Of a stretch of DNA of 64,000 bases, positions 1 through 13,997 are shown in pieces (positions within the stretch are counted from its first letter, which is position 1; each line of letters begins with the position of its first letter). The stretch lies in the NCBI GenBank assembly GCA_951406725.2, contig OX597824.1, forward strand, positions 20,026,001 to 20,090,000, given 5' to 3'. Under the pieces are notes generated by a model. That model saw nothing but the letters and a program-made list of their open reading frames with translations. It ran no database searches and had not been told where the DNA came from. Both the position numbers and the translations under genes were made by a program. This DNA comes from Octopus vulgaris. Its lineage: Eukaryota.

Positions 1-139
1 AAATCCTTCCACCAAATATCTTCACTCACACACACACACACACACACTTGCATGTGTGTGTACATAATATGCTAGTTCTTTGTATAGTGCGGGTATGGAA
101 TGAGAATATGGACAACAGAGGTTTAGGTGCTTTTGTTGT

Positions 140-1106
140 GTGTGTGTGTGTGTAACTACTTGGACACAAGGTAATGCTGATGATTATGTGTGTGAGAGTA
201 TTTTTATATGTGTGTGTATTTTTGTATTTATGTGTATATATATATATGTGTGTATGTGTATGTATATATATATATGTGTGTGTGTATGTATATATATATA
301 TGTGTGTATGTGTATGTATATATATATATATGTATATGTCTATGTATGTATGTATATATATATATATGTATATGTCTATGTATGTATATATATATATATA
401 TATGTATGTGTGTATGTATATGTATGTGTGTGTATATATATGCGTGTATGTATATGTATATTTGCGTATGTATATATATGTATACGTATATGTCTGTGTA
501 TCTGTATGTATGTGTGTGTGTGTGTATGTCTGTTATGTGTGTGTATGTATATACATACATGTGTATGTATGTGTATATGTGTTTGTGTATATATACATGT
601 GTATGTATGTGTGTGTATATGTATCTATGTATGTATATATATATATATATATATGTATGAGTATATGTATATGTGTGTGTGATGTATATATAGAAACACA
701 CACATACGCATATTTTTTTTTTATCATCCATAAGATATCAAGTTTGTTTACTGTTCGCATGTATTGATCTGTGTGATTGGAAGCATTTGACTATTGGACA
801 CAATTAGCTTGAAAGCAATCCCACCACAACTGCAAAAAAAAAATGAGAGAAAAAACGCCTGTGATGGATGATGAGGAGGAGGAGGAGGCAGGATAGGGTA
901 GGGAGATGAACTGCACTTTCTGCTTCATGTCCATCTTCATAAGAATGGGTTTCGTGTTCCCTATCACCAGATTTAGCCAAACCCTCTGTCAGACAAGTGT
1001 GAAAACCGTTTTTTTGGTGTATTGGATATAGGTTTTGAAGCAAGTACATTTTTTTTTCATATATATATTAGATATAGGTTTTGAAGTGTGTATGTGTCCG
1101 CCTAAG

Positions 1107-1143
<37 letters not shown>

Positions 1144-1172
1144 ATATATATATGTATGTGTGTGTGTGTGTG

Positions 1173-1207
<35 letters not shown>

Positions 1208-1428
1208 AGGCATAAAAAGCAGAGCCTTCTGCAATTTGGCATCAAGTACATTAAAAACACAGGATATACAAAATATACAAAGCAACTTAGGAATGGAGGA
1301 GCGAGTAATGTCAACATTTTGTGTAATATCATTCCTTTATTTTATGCTTTGTGTGTACATGCATAGATACAAACATACATAAATAGATGCATACATACAT
1401 ACATACATATATATATATATACATATAT

Positions 1429-1459
<31 letters not shown>

Positions 1460-1548
1460 CATATATATATAAACATACATATATATATACATGCATATAT
1501 ATATACATACATATATACACATATATATATACACATATATATATATAC

Positions 1549-1593
<45 letters not shown>

Positions 1594-1680
1594 CATATAT
1601 ATATATACATACATATATATATATACATACATATATATATATACATACATATATATATATATACATGCATATATACATAT

Positions 1681-1762
<82 letters not shown>

Positions 1763-1810
1763 CACACACATATATATAGTTGTGTGTATATATATATAGA
1801 TATCGATATA
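140..1810. repeat. (TA)n/(TG)n/(TATG)n microsatellite fields
   Basis: Directly visible. Confidence 0.95.
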
Positions 1811-1940
1811 TCATATTGACTTGGTGTTACTGCCATATATATTTCATTCCCGTATCTAAGAATTTCTCACTAATTTTCCTTTCACACGCACAAATCAAAT
1901 CTCTGCCATTTTTCTGTCCTGCGTGAACTTTCCACTTTCC

Positions 1941-1978
<38 letters not shown>

Positions 1979-2317
1979 CCTTTCTTCTTTTCTCCTCTAG
2001 TCCAGCATATTTCTGAATTCTTAACCAAAACATTTTGTTCACGCATGCACAAGCACATAATACACACATAAAAGCAGACACAGTAGAGGCTGCTTGTTAG
2101 AACCATGGTTAATGTTATGTTATTAAACAGTTATTGATATCAAAATTATTGGGTCCAAAAAACTACAATGCTGCTAATAATATTTGTATTCTCTGCTTAT
2201 TGTTATCAGCTGCTTATTGCTGTATAAATGGCTCCATCCCAAAGTGATTACAATAAACATTTACCACTGTATGTATATATAGGTATGTGTGTTTGTATGT
2301 ATATATAATATATGTAT

Positions 2318-2724
2318 ACTCTTTTACTCTTTACTCTTTTACTTGTTTCAGTCAGTTGACTGCGGCCATGCTGGAGCACCGCCTTTAGTCGAGCAACTCG
2401 ACCCCGGGACTTATTCTTTGTAAGCCCAGTACCTATCCTATCGGTCTCTTTTGCCGAACCGCTAAAGTTATGGGGACATAAACACACCAGCATCGGTTGT
2501 CAAGCAATGCTAGGGGGACAAACACAGACACACAAACATACACGCACACATATATACATATATACGATGGGTTTCATTTCAGTTTCCGTCTACCAAATCC
2601 ACTCACAAGGCTTTGGTCGGCCCGAGGCTATACTAGAAGACACTTGTCCAAGGTGCCACGCTGTGGGACTGAACCCGGAACCATGTGGTTTGTAGACAAG
2701 CTACTTACCACACAGCCACTCCTG
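2318..2724 (-). mobile_element. tRNA-derived SINE family A (CORE-like motif, internal microsatellite)
   Basis: Reverse complement of the consensus caggagtggctgtgtggtaag...ggttcagtccc...caccttgg(g)caagtg...gactgaaacaagtaaaagag seen at many loci here. Confidence 0.9.
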
Positions 2725-3733
2725 TGTATATGTATATACAATATATATATATATATGCGTGTGTGTGTATATATAATATACACACATACAATTGTTGCAT
2801 AAGCAACAAAATAAACTCGTGGTAATTAAGAGGACAATAATAGGCTTCTAAACTCCAATATATTATACCATTGCAGTAAATGGAATTAATGGTGTTTATT
2901 GCTAATGAAACAGCTGTTGAGTGTAATTAAACTATTTTTGAAATGCATGCTTTTCTACTTTTTATTCCATACACGTGTATGTGTGTATGAATATATATGT
3001 GTATATATGTGTGTGTGTGTATTATATGTATATGTGCGTGTGTATATATTATATGTATGTGTGTATATGTGTATGTGTGTGTATAAGTATGTATATATGT
3101 GTATGTGTATGTATATATATATATACATGTGTGTGTATATATATGTTTATACATGTGTGTATACATATATATATGTTTATATATGTGTGTGTATGTATAT
3201 ACGTTTATATATGTGAGTGTATGTATATATACGTTTATATATGTGTGTGTATGTATATATACGTTTATATATGAGTGTGTAAGTATATATACGTTTATAT
3301 ATGTGTATGTATGTATGTGTGTGTGTGTGTATATATATATAAACATGTAGCTAAGTAGTACAAGGCATTTCTTAATGAGTGGTGCACAATCCAGTTGAAA
3401 CTGAAATCACATGACATGCTATGGGAAACAAACTTCTTAGCCACACAGCTGTGTGTGTTGGGGGGTCAAGCGGTCAATCTCTTTCTTTTACCAATCCTTG
3501 TCCGGCTTTATTTGAAATATTTACCAAACATCAATATATTTCTTTTAGCCATCTATCTTAATTATGCTAAACAGCTGCTTCGTTAGCAATAAGCACCAAG
3601 CTGGGCCACTACCTTGAAGAGTTTAGCCAAACAAACCAACTCCACTACATTTTTTTTTTTTTTTCGAGACATAGGGATGTAAACAAACCAACAATAGTTT
3701 TCCGGTGACACTCAAACACAAAGACATATAAAC

Positions 3734-4025
3734 ATCATCATCATCATCATCATCATCGTTTAGCGTCTGCTTTCCATGCTAGCATGGGTTGGACGGTTCG
3801 ATCGGGGTCTGGGAAGCCAGAAGGCTGCACCAGGCCCAGTCTGATCTGGCAATGTTTCTACGGCTGGATGCCCTTCCTAACGCCAACCACTCTGTGAGTG
3901 TAGTGGGTGCTTTTTACGTGCCACCGGCACAGGTGCCAGACAGGGCTGGCAAACGGCCACAGACGGATGGTGCTTTTTACGTGCCACCGGCACGGGGGCC
4001 AGGCCAGGCCAGGCTGGCAACGGCA
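3734..4025 (-). mobile_element. SINE/LINE-tail family C with (GAT)n tail; second copy at about 7449-7580 (+)
   Basis: (atc)n-gtttagcgtctgctttccatgctagcatggg...ctacggctggatgcccttcctaacgccaacc; reverse-complement match at 7449-7580. Confidence 0.75.
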
Positions 4026-4875
4026 TGCATAAATACTTTTACAGCAAGCTTCCTCACAGTTTCCATCTACCAAATTTACTGTCAAAGCATTGGTTGTGCC
4101 CTGCCCATGTCTTCAAGGAATTTGATGTGGTTTTATGTAAGATTCCAAATGCTAGGTGGGGGTAACCTCTCTGTGTTTCTTTTTTGCTGCCAACACTTTG
4201 GATTCCATGAAAGTTATGCTTCTTATCTCCTGCGACTTCATCCAAAACTGATAAAAAACAGATTATCAATTTGAACTTAGCAGTTTCGTATAATTAAATT
4301 GGCTCCAACCCCTGGCCCTGTTTGTGTGGTTGTGCTTAGGCACGCTTACTCCAACAACGAGGACTCTTCTGCCAATGTGTGGGCTTCAACATAGATTATT
4401 AACTTGCTAAAAATAGCAGCTGCAAGTTCTTCAAGCCAAATCTTACCTACCAACTCTACTTATAAATGATTGCTTTGAGTTGACCATTCCAGAAAAAAAA
4501 TAACACATTGTCTGAAGTATGTTATTCCAGAAGTATAGAGGGTATTGGTCATGGATGGAACCATCACTACCACCATTATTTTTTTCGTTTTTTTTTCTTT
4601 TTTTTTTTTTTTTTTCTTTTTGCATATTTGGTTTAGTCTGGAAGACATACTTGTTCCTAAGACCATCGCAAGCTCTTCAAAACCAGTAAAACAAATGTGA
4701 TTGATATTTTTAATCCTTTTCTGACCATATTTCTGTTGGAATGCACTTAGCTTTCATTTTTATTATTTTGGGGAATAACAAAGAATTTATGAAAATCACT
4801 TTGCCATCATTAAGCTGGAGTTTGGCATATAAATTAACATGGAATTTTAAAAGGTTTAAATTTATATATCTTTAA

Positions 4876-5098
4876 CCTTTCAGCATTCGGATTACTCTCT
4901 CAAATTTAATGCTTATTTCTTCACATTTAATGCTTCACATTTCTTCATATTTCTTCACATTTAATGCTTATTTCTTCACATGGCTTGGGATTTTAGAATG
5001 ACATTATAAGGCAGGTGTAAGAGGCCAGATCTGGCCAGTTTGAACATACAGCAGGTAGAATATTTTGGCGAAATTTAGCCAGTTTAAGTGCTATGGGG
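4876..5098. mobile_element. piggyBac-like MITE, apparently inserted into an older element related to the 11810 family (about 4710-4870)
   Basis: TTAA flanks; decayed TIRs cctttcagca / tgctatgggg; the host shares ataacaaagaattta with the 11810 element. Confidence 0.6.
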
Positions 5099-5121
5099 TT
5101 AAAACAGGGTAGTTTTTGTAG

Positions 5122-5533
5122 TATTTATTTCTTTATTGCCCACAGGGGCTAAACATAGGGGACAAACAAGGACAAAGGGATTAAATAGATTACATCAACC
5201 CCAGTGCATAACTGGTACTTAGAAATTAATCGACCCCGAAAGGATGAAAGGCAGTCGACCTCGGCGGAATTTGAACTCAGAATGTAACGGCAGACGAAAT
5301 ACTATTTCTTTACTACCCACAAGGGGCTAAACAGAGAGGGGACAAACAAGGACGGACAGACGGATTAAGTCGATTATATCGACCCCAGTGTGTAACTGGT
5401 ACTCATTTAATCGACCCCGAAAGGATGAAAGGAAAAGTTGACTTTGGCGGAATTCGAACTCTGAATGTAACGTCAGACGAAATACCACTAAGCATTTCGC
5501 CCGGCGTGCTAACGTTTCTGCCAGCTTGCCACC
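5122..5533 (-). mobile_element. SINE family B dimer (central domain resembling the Meta/MESC/RUDI SINE domain)
   Basis: Consensus ggcggcgagctggcagaaacgttagc...gagttcaaattcc...gcctttcatcctttcggggtcgataaattaagtaccag...aaagaaata; two head-to-tail units. Confidence 0.88.
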
Positions 5534-5896
5534 CCGTTGTTTTTGCTGTATTGAACAAAGGGTGGTCTCAAGTTGGTCAGTGCCAAAAGGGGGGGACTAA
5601 ACAGCATTATATTCTAGCAATGCTAATAATATACGTAAAAGGAATAAAAAAAAAAACAAAAAAAAACCGTAAAACAACAAAAATAGTATTAGTCAATGGT
5701 ATTTATTGAGTTTCTTTTGCGAGTCAGTGATGTTGGAGATAGATTTTTAACTAGTTTTCTCTCAAAGTCCCTTAAATCTAATTAAAACTTGCTGACACCC
5801 ACTTTTATCCTACAAATCTTACAAGCACTTAATCATCTCTTTTCACAGGTGAAATTTTAAGAAACGCTTTTGTTATTCTAGTCCTTTTGCCTCTGT

Positions 5897-5930
<34 letters not shown>

Positions 5931-5981
5931 GGTGTCTGTGTGTGCCTGTTTGTGTATGCTGGTGTGTTTGTGTCGGTGTGC

Positions 5982-6017
<36 letters not shown>

Positions 6018-6502
6018 TCCTACCACCTTTCGTGTCTCTCCACCCTCGCCACCCTCTTCTCACTTGTATCAACACCTTTTCCCAATCTATTTGCATTGCT
6101 GAAGAATTTACTTCTTTCTTTTCACCAAACTGTCGTTATCTCTCACACCTTTTGTTTTATTATGCACCACTGATGCTAGTGTTGATGATAATAATAGCAG
6201 CAGCAACAGCAAACTCCAAGACTTCTCTTTCTTCAAGTGCCATCAGTATTAGCACCATAAGGTTTTTTTTTAAACGGTTTTTGATGTTCGAAAATTTAGA
6301 ATTTTTTGTTCATTTGCTGAGGGTTTTTTTTAAAAATATTTTCTCAAGTAATTTAGTAACCTTCGCTTGTCTTAGTTAAAAAAAAATCTTTCTTTGGTGT
6401 GTTTTAATTATTCAACATAAACCAAGTCAATACTCCATGTTCTCTCTCTCTCTCTTCTCTTTCGTTTATGATGTCTCTCTTTCTGCCTCTTGAACCCCTC
6501 TG

Positions 6503-6810
6503 CCATGCTGGAGTACCAAATCAACCGCAGTACTTATTTTAAGTTTAATACATATCCTATTGGCCTCTTTTGCCAAACTGCTAAGTTATGGGGATGTTAA
6601 CAAACCAACACCAGTTATCAGGTAGTGATGGGAAGGGGGTACCAATCACAGACACATGCATATCATATATGATGTTTGTGTGTGTATGTATACACATCAC
6701 ATGTATATACACATATGTATATATGTATATACACACATGCACACACATACAATATGCTTCTATACAGTTTCCATCTAGCATTAATTGACCCTGGGCTACA
6801 GTAAAAGACA
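6503..6810 (-). mobile_element. Degraded SINE family A
   Basis: ccatgctggag...ctcttttgccaaactgctaagttatgggga...cagtttccatcta blocks. Confidence 0.7.
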
Positions 6811-6874
6811 AGATATGATGTGAGCAACATGCCAGGCTAATAATAAATTACATTATTGGATAAGTATTCTAGCA

Positions 6875-6908
<34 letters not shown>

Positions 6909-7007
6909 CAAAATGGGACAAGAACGCAAAACATCCGGACAACTAGGTGATACAAAAAGGGACAACAAAACATCCTGATAGATGAAACAAAGAAAATAAG
7001 GAAGGGT

Positions 7008-7150
7008 CATTCGAAGTTTTCTTTCTTCAGTTAAGAACCAGATTATCCTCACAATTTCGGCCGATTATGCTTGAGATTGCTCCAATCTGGCCAGCCCCAA
7101 GGAAGAACTAAGCTAAGAGCATTAGATTCCTTGGAAGAAAGCAGTGAATG
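7008..7150 (-). ncRNA. Candidate permuted hammerhead, family 1, second copy
   Basis: Minus strand ccagatt-gga-gcaa-TC-tcaag-cataat-cggcc-GAAA-ttgt-gag-gat-aatctgg-tt-cttaa-CTGAAGA-aagaaa. Confidence 0.55.
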
Positions 7151-7179
7151 TATACAATTTTTTTTCTTTCCTTATACTT

Positions 7180-7226
<47 letters not shown>

Positions 7227-8040
7227 GAAGTATAAGGAAAGAAAAAATTGTAGGTGTAGACAAACTTTAATTCCTGGTCCAGTTTTTTCCTTTTATTTCA
7301 TTTATTGTTTTTGCAAATGCTGAATATATATATTCTTTACTCGGACTGTACCGGCGGACTTGGATGTTTGACATCCCTTTGAAAGATTTTGGTCCTCACC
7401 TCTTTTATATATATATATATATTATATATAATATTATATATGTTCATGAGCATCCAGCTGTAGAAAAATTGCCAGATCAGATTGGAGCCTGGTGCAGCCA
7501 CTGGCTCTCCAGACCTCAGTCAAACCGTCCAATCCATGCCAGCATGGAAAATGGACGTTAAACGACAATGGTGATGATGATATTGATGAAGGAAACAGAT
7601 GATAAATTTAGCGCTAGTTTTTATTCAGTACAACGATTGTTTCGACTCCTCCTGCAACTGTCCGTTATGGGTAGGATTTTGTGCATCTGTGTTGCATCAG
7701 TTTGTGCAGTTTGGGTCACATCCAGGTGTTGAAATGATCATCGTTCTGAATAAAGACAGGTGCTAAATCTATCTTCCATTTCCTTCACCTGTTATTATTA
7801 TTATCTCAACTAACACTATACAATTCCTGAGGTAGATCCAGCGGGAATATACCCCAACCATGAACGACACCAGGTACTGGCTCTGTCTGTGGGGACCCAG
7901 CTAACTGGTGCCGATGTGAAAAACTAATGTAGAATTATAATGACGGATGTGTTTGTATGTACGTGTATATGCAGATGTGTGTGTACGGATGTATGAGGTA
8001 TTGTGAGGGATTTGTGTTTTCAATGTTGACCTCTTTTACT

Positions 8041-8385
8041 TTCCCAACTTCATGGTTCCTGGTTCAGTCCCACTGTGTGGCACCTTGACCAAGTGTCTTC
8101 TACTATAGCCTCAGGCTGACCAAATCCTTGTGAGTGGATTTGGTAGACAAAAACTAAAAGAAGCCTGTTGTATGTGTATGTGTGTATATATATATAGATA
8201 TATAAGTTTGTGTTTGTCCCCCCACCATGTTGGTGTGTTTATGTCCCCGTAACTTAGCGGTTCAGCAAAAATGACCTATAGAATAAGTACCAGTCTTGCA
8301 AAGAATAAGTTCTGGTGTCAATTTGTCCGACTAAAGGCGGTGCTCCAGCATGGCCACAGTCAAATGACTGAAACAAACAAAAGAA
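8041..8385 (+). mobile_element. SINE family A
   Basis: ggttcagtcccactgtgtggcaccttg...ccagcatggccacagtcaaatgactgaaac. Confidence 0.88.
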
Positions 8386-8776
8386 TATATATACACACAC
8401 ACACATATATATATATACGTCTATGTATGTTTACGTCTGTGTGTATATAGTGTATATCTCAATGAGGTTGGTGCCATGCTGTAGTTCGGATTTGTCAGGA
8501 ATGGTTGTAGGTTCTGAGTTATTGCTCGTTTCTCAGAGTAGACATCTTTAGGAGATTCTATGTCAGGCTTCTGGTCGTTTTAATTATTTATTTCAAACTG
8601 AACATAAGGTTAGAAGGAGACTGGCCACAATGCTAGAAAACAGCATCACATCTGTCGTCGCCGACACCGCCACCGATCAATAATTGGATGGTGGCGCCAT
8701 CTATGAATAGTTCTTAATTTATTTCAACTGAGAAAATTCTTCGCTCTCCTTAGTCTGTTTCTCTTTTACCCCCCCT

Positions 8777-8820
<44 letters not shown>

Positions 8821-8917
8821 CTCCCACACTTAAGCACTTTTAAAAAAAAAATTTTACCAAAAGCTTAGTGAATGTCTTATGTTACTACTACTACTACTAC
8901 TACTTCTGCTACTGCTG

Positions 8918-8952
<35 letters not shown>

Positions 8953-9249
8953 GGAAATATTAAAACTGTCTTTTGATGCCAGGCTCCTCTGTCCCCCTCT
9001 TCCTTCAAGTTTGGGGGGTGCCAGCCTACCTTGTCGGTTGCCATGTCTGGCTGGCTGGCCGGTCGGCTGGTTGGCTGGCCGGCTGGCTGGCTGGCTGGCT
9101 AGGCAGGCTGCTTTCTCTCCCGTTTTTTCCCATTTCGCCCATTCCCTTGCATCACTGGCCTGCTCCGTCCTTTGGCATCTACATGCAGCAGCAATGTTCC
9201 TGCTGCTTCTTGTATTTCTTTTATTTTAGAACCCTGCTGAATTTTATTA

Positions 9250-9281
<32 letters not shown>

Positions 9282-9800
9282 TTTTTTTTTTTTTTTTTTT
9301 TTTGCAAAACTCCAGCTTTATGAGTCATTGTTCTTTTGGACCTTAGACACACTTATTTTTTATTTTTTTTTTTTTACTCTACATGCCTTTCACATCTATT
9401 TATTTTTTCCCTTGCTTAACACACACACACACACACATACACATATACATGTGTGTATATATATTGTGTGTAGTTCTTCCCTATAGCTAATTCCTTCCTT
9501 CCCTTTCTATCTCGGTTGTCTCCAGTTCTATCCTTGCTGTCTGTGGATATATAGACAATCTAATATTGATGCACAAAGAACAGGCGAAAAATATCCTCTA
9601 CACCCTTCATTGGATCAAATTTTTTTCTGCCTTTTTATTCCCATTATTATTATCATATGTAAACCATTTTTTTATATACACGCACGGGCTTAACTGCAGT
9701 GTGTTGTTTGTAATTCTAGTCCATCTTTATTGTATATAATGTAGTAAAATGGAGTGAGACGTGTATTCATATCATATATATATATATATATATATATATA

Positions 9801-10203
9801 CTCTTTTACTCTTTTACTTGTTTCAGTCATTTGACTGCAGCCATGCTGGAGCACCGCCTTTAGTCGAGCAAATCGACCCTGGGACTTCTTCTTTGTAAGC
9901 CCAGTACTTATTCTATCGGTCTCTTTTGCCGAACCGCTAAGTGACGGGGACGTAAACACACCAGCATCGGTTGTCAAGCAATGCTAGGGGGAAAAACACA
10001 GACACACAAACACATACATACATATATATATATATATATACGACAGGCTTCTTTCAGTTTCCGTCTACCAAATCCACTCACAAGGCTTTGGTCGGCCCGG
10101 GGCTATAGCAGAAGACACTCGCCCAAGATGCCACGCAGTGGGACTGAACCCGGAACCATGTGGTTGGTTAGCGAGCTACTTACCACACAGCCACTCCTGC
10201 TCC
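9801..10203 (-). mobile_element. SINE family A, full length
   Basis: Near-identical to the reverse complement of 46545-46955. Confidence 0.92.
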
Positions 10204-10435
10204 TATATACATATATATATACACACACATATATATTACACATATAGGGCAGAACTCCAAATTTCATTGAGTATTTAAGGAATCTTGACACTGACTCCTC
10301 CCCAAAAGCCATAACCAATTTTAATGCAGATTTATCATAAACTAAGAATTAAAGATCATAGCTCAGATTCTTCAACAAAACCAAAATTACCAAAGCTATT
10401 ACGACAACAATTATGATAATAATAATAATAATAAT

Positions 10436-10652
10436 CGTTTTTATTATAGGCACAAGGCCTGAAATTTTGGGCGTGGGGGCTAGTTCAATTATGTCAGCCC
10501 CATTGTGTAACCGGTACTTATTTCTATGACCGCCAAAAGGGGTGAAAGTCAAAGGCGACTTCTGTGGAATTTGAACCCAGAACATAAAGATGGATAAAAT
10601 GCCACTAAGCATTTTGTCCTGTGTTCTAACACCTCTGCCAGCTTGCCACCTT
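10436..10652 (-). mobile_element. SINE family B variant; further degraded copies at about 11150-11700
   Basis: ggcacaaggcctgaaattt tail variant, flanked by (AAT)n. Confidence 0.75.
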
Positions 10653-11809
10653 AATAATAATAATAATAATAATAGTAATAGTAATCTTTTTAATTTAGGT
10701 ACCAAAGCCACCAGTTTTGTGGATGCGGTTAGTCCTCAATACCACTGACCCTATTATTTGACTGTTACAATATTTTATTATTAAGTAATTTATCTGTACA
10801 TGTGTGTGTATGTAACTTTATATATATATATAAAGGGGTTTGTATGATTGTGTATAGAGGTATATATATTATTCAAAGGAATTCCAACTCTGTTTTTTAC
10901 GTTTTATTTATATTTTTTATAATATTAATGTAGAATATAGATTATATAGTATAAATAGTAAAATGAAAATATATATATATATATATATATATATTATTTA
11001 TACACACACACATTAATTATTGGTTGTTATTAACACTCTGAAAAAATGAATTATAAGATATCGTGAACAATAAGCTGAATATAAAATTCTATATACAGTT
11101 TCACTCTCTTTCTAGTCTAAGAGTTGCTCTTTATAATAATAATAATAATGCTTTCTAAATTAGGCTCATGGTCACAGAATTTAGGTGATGGGATGGGGCA
11201 GTGTCTTTAATACCCACCTCTTCTTAACAATTACTTCTATGAGTCCCTGATTGGTCAAAGGCAAGGTAAGACCTTAGCAGAGTCAAGTAGAATCATTTTC
11301 AAATTATTTAAAAATTTTTGCAAAAGGGCAGCAATTTTAGGAAGAAGGGTGGGGTCAGTAAAATACAGTACTAGTCATGTACTGGGTTAATAAGACCCCA
11401 GTATTTGACTGGTGCATTATTTTATTGACGAAAGACAAACTTGCACTCAGTTGGATTTGAACTGAGAAGAAATGCCGCTAACCATTTTGTTTGATCACCA
11501 TCATAATAAATGTTGGTTTCAAATTTTGGCACAAGGCCTGCAGTTTGAGGAAGAGGTGGTTAATTGGTTGCATGGACCCCAGTGTTGGTATTAATTTTAT
11601 TGACCCCCTGACCCCAAAGGATGAAAGGCAGTCAACCTCAGCAAGAATTGAATTCCAACAGTAAAGGCAGACAAAATGCCACTAAGAATTTTATTTCTAG
11701 CAAGGCAAAAAACGGTTCTGGATTACCAATACTGACCAATGTTGACCAGTATATAAAATGTGCTTCTACACAGAATGTGTCCTTATCTTACAAGGACAAG
11801 ATATTTTAA

Positions 11810-11995
11810 CCCTTTTGATACCAACCCGGCCAAAACCGCCTCTGGCTCTGTAGTACAAATGTCTTGTTTTCATAAATTTTGAATTAAAATCTTCCACCAA
11901 ACCTTAGTCAAGTTCTTTTACTAAATTCTTTGTTATATTTAAAATAAATTGAATGAAACACAGAGCATCTCAAAATAAATACGGTAACGAAAGGG
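11810..11995. mobile_element. piggyBac-like MITE
   Basis: TTAA on both sides (11806-11809, 11996-11999); TIRs cccttttgatacc / ggtaacgaaaggg (11 of 13 match). Confidence 0.8.
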
Positions 11996-12147
11996 TTAAT
12001 GGAGATGAGAGCCATTTTAGAATGTCTCATCATACATTTAATGGGAGAGAGTTCTAGAATGATTTTGAAGAGTAAGCAAGACAAAGTAGGATGTATTTGG
12101 TGGGAAGAAACCAGTCATTTCTCACATATCAGCAAAATATAACAAAC

Positions 12148-12350
12148 TTATTTCTTTATTGCCCACAAGGAGCTAAACAAAGAGGGGACAAACAAGGACA
12201 GACAAAGGAATTAAGTCGATTATATCGATCCCAGTGCGTAACTTATACTTATTTAATCGACCCCGGAAGGATGAAAGGCTAAGTCGACCTCGGCGGAATT
12301 TGAACTCAGAACGTAGCGGCAGACGAAATACCATTAAGCATTTTGTCCGA
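12148..12350 (-). mobile_element. SINE family B (5'-truncated)
   Basis: Matches the family B consensus. Confidence 0.85.
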
Positions 12351-12949
12351 ACTGACTTTCCAAAGATCCTGTTAGCATTTTGTTATTCTGCCCATCATCT
12401 TTTCTTCTACAGTGCAAAAGCTGTTAAAATCAAAAGCATTTACTGTTGGCACCATAGGAATGTTATAAACTTCCAGGGGACCATGAAATAATTCTTTTTT
12501 TTCTTTTTGGAACAGTGGCTCTCTAAATATAAAGCTATAATTGATAGCATATAACTATTAGGTTTGAAAATCTTACAGATGTGGGCTGTGTCCCACAGGC
12601 AACCTTTGGCTTCTCCTGTCCGAGGGGTCTTTTTAACCCGATATCTACATGCTATTATTTCTAGCTTTATGAAGGTGGCGGCAGCTGACAGAAGCATTGC
12701 CGTGCCAGACAAAATACTTAAAGGTAATTCTTCCAGCTCTAAGTTCAAATGCCATGGAGATCGACTTTACCTTTTGTCCTTTTGGGGGTCGATAAAATAA
12801 CAACCACTCAAGCTCTTGGGGTTGACATAATCAATTTCCTCCCCCCCTCAAAATTGCTGGCCTTGTGCCAAAATGGGAGAGAATAATTTATAGCTTTGTG
12901 CTTAGAGATCCACTCTTCCAAAAGAGAATTTAATATTTCAATGTTAGCA

Positions 12950-13375
12950 AGGCAGCAAGCTGGCAGAAACATTAGCACGCCGGGCAAAATGCTTAGTGGT
13001 ATTTTGTGTGTCTTTACGTTCTGAGTTCAAATTCCACCAAGGTCGACTTTGCCTTTCATCTTTTCGGGGTTGATAAATTAAGTACCAGTTGCATACTGGG
13101 GGTCAATCTAATCGACTGGTCCCCTCCCCAAAAATTTCGGGCCTTGTGCCTAAAGTAGAACAGGCGGTGAGCTGGCAGAAACATTAGCATACCGGGCGAA
13201 ATGCTTAGTGGTATTTCGTCTGTCTTTGTGTTCTGAGTTCAAATTCCTCCAAGGCCGACTTTGCTTTTCATCCTTTCGGGGTCAATAAATTAAGTACCAG
13301 TTGCATACTGGGGTCAATCTAATCGACTGGCCTCCTCCCCCAAAATTTCAAACCTTTTGCCTGGAGTATTAAAAG
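12950..13375 (+). mobile_element. SINE family B head-to-tail dimer with 18-bp TSD
   Basis: TSD aatatttcaatgttagca at 12932-12949 and 13376-13393. Confidence 0.9.
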
Positions 13376-13997
13376 AATATTTCAATGTTAGCAGTCCTTT
13401 GTCTTAAAGTGAGAGCATTTCAGTACTTCTGCCAACATAACAAGATCTCTCTCATTACCAAAGTTACATTTCTTAATGGAGTTTTTATTTTTATTTTATT
13501 TGTGCTTCTCTCCACCCCCACCCCTCCTCTTTTATTCACACTCTTTATTCTTGGTTTGTGTTAAAGTATGAAGAATCTTTCTTACATTCCATTTAGATAA
13601 GGTGATAGTTATATATACAATGCACCACCCCAGATTATGTCATGTGAATGGGTGTGAACCCACTGACAATCTGCTGTTGGCTGCTGTCTCATCTCAGATA
13701 CACCTGAGTCTTGGATCGGTTCAGTCAGATTTTGAAAAGTCACAAGATTCTTGGAGATACAAGGAAGTTCTTAAAGCCATCCTAATCAGCTTTTCACTAA
13801 CCAAATAATTAGTGATGTTGGAACCTCAAATATTTAGTTTTTTGTTGTTTTTTTTTAATTTTTTCACAGAATTAGTTTTGATGTGTTTTGGGGGGTAACC
13901 AACTCTACCCCCCGCCCCCACATCAATCAGTTTTGCTGCAGTCTGTGTCACCGTTGTGACATACGTACAGCTCAAAAGATCCAACAACCCAAATGAC

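Noticed and set aside
7620-7755. Complete type I hammerhead with long helix II on the minus strand
   Set aside because: The apparent helix I is just the fold-back arm, and the core reads aacgatga rather than CUGANGA; only the GAAA/NUH half is supported
8688-8708. CTCF-like motif (tagatggcgcc on the minus strand)
   Set aside because: Only a partial match; unsupported without ChIP or conservation data
8879-9323. Poly-Leu / (GGCT)n ORFs as an upstream BCL11 exon
   Set aside because: Simple-repeat origin, no BCL11 N-terminal motifs, no convincing splice sites
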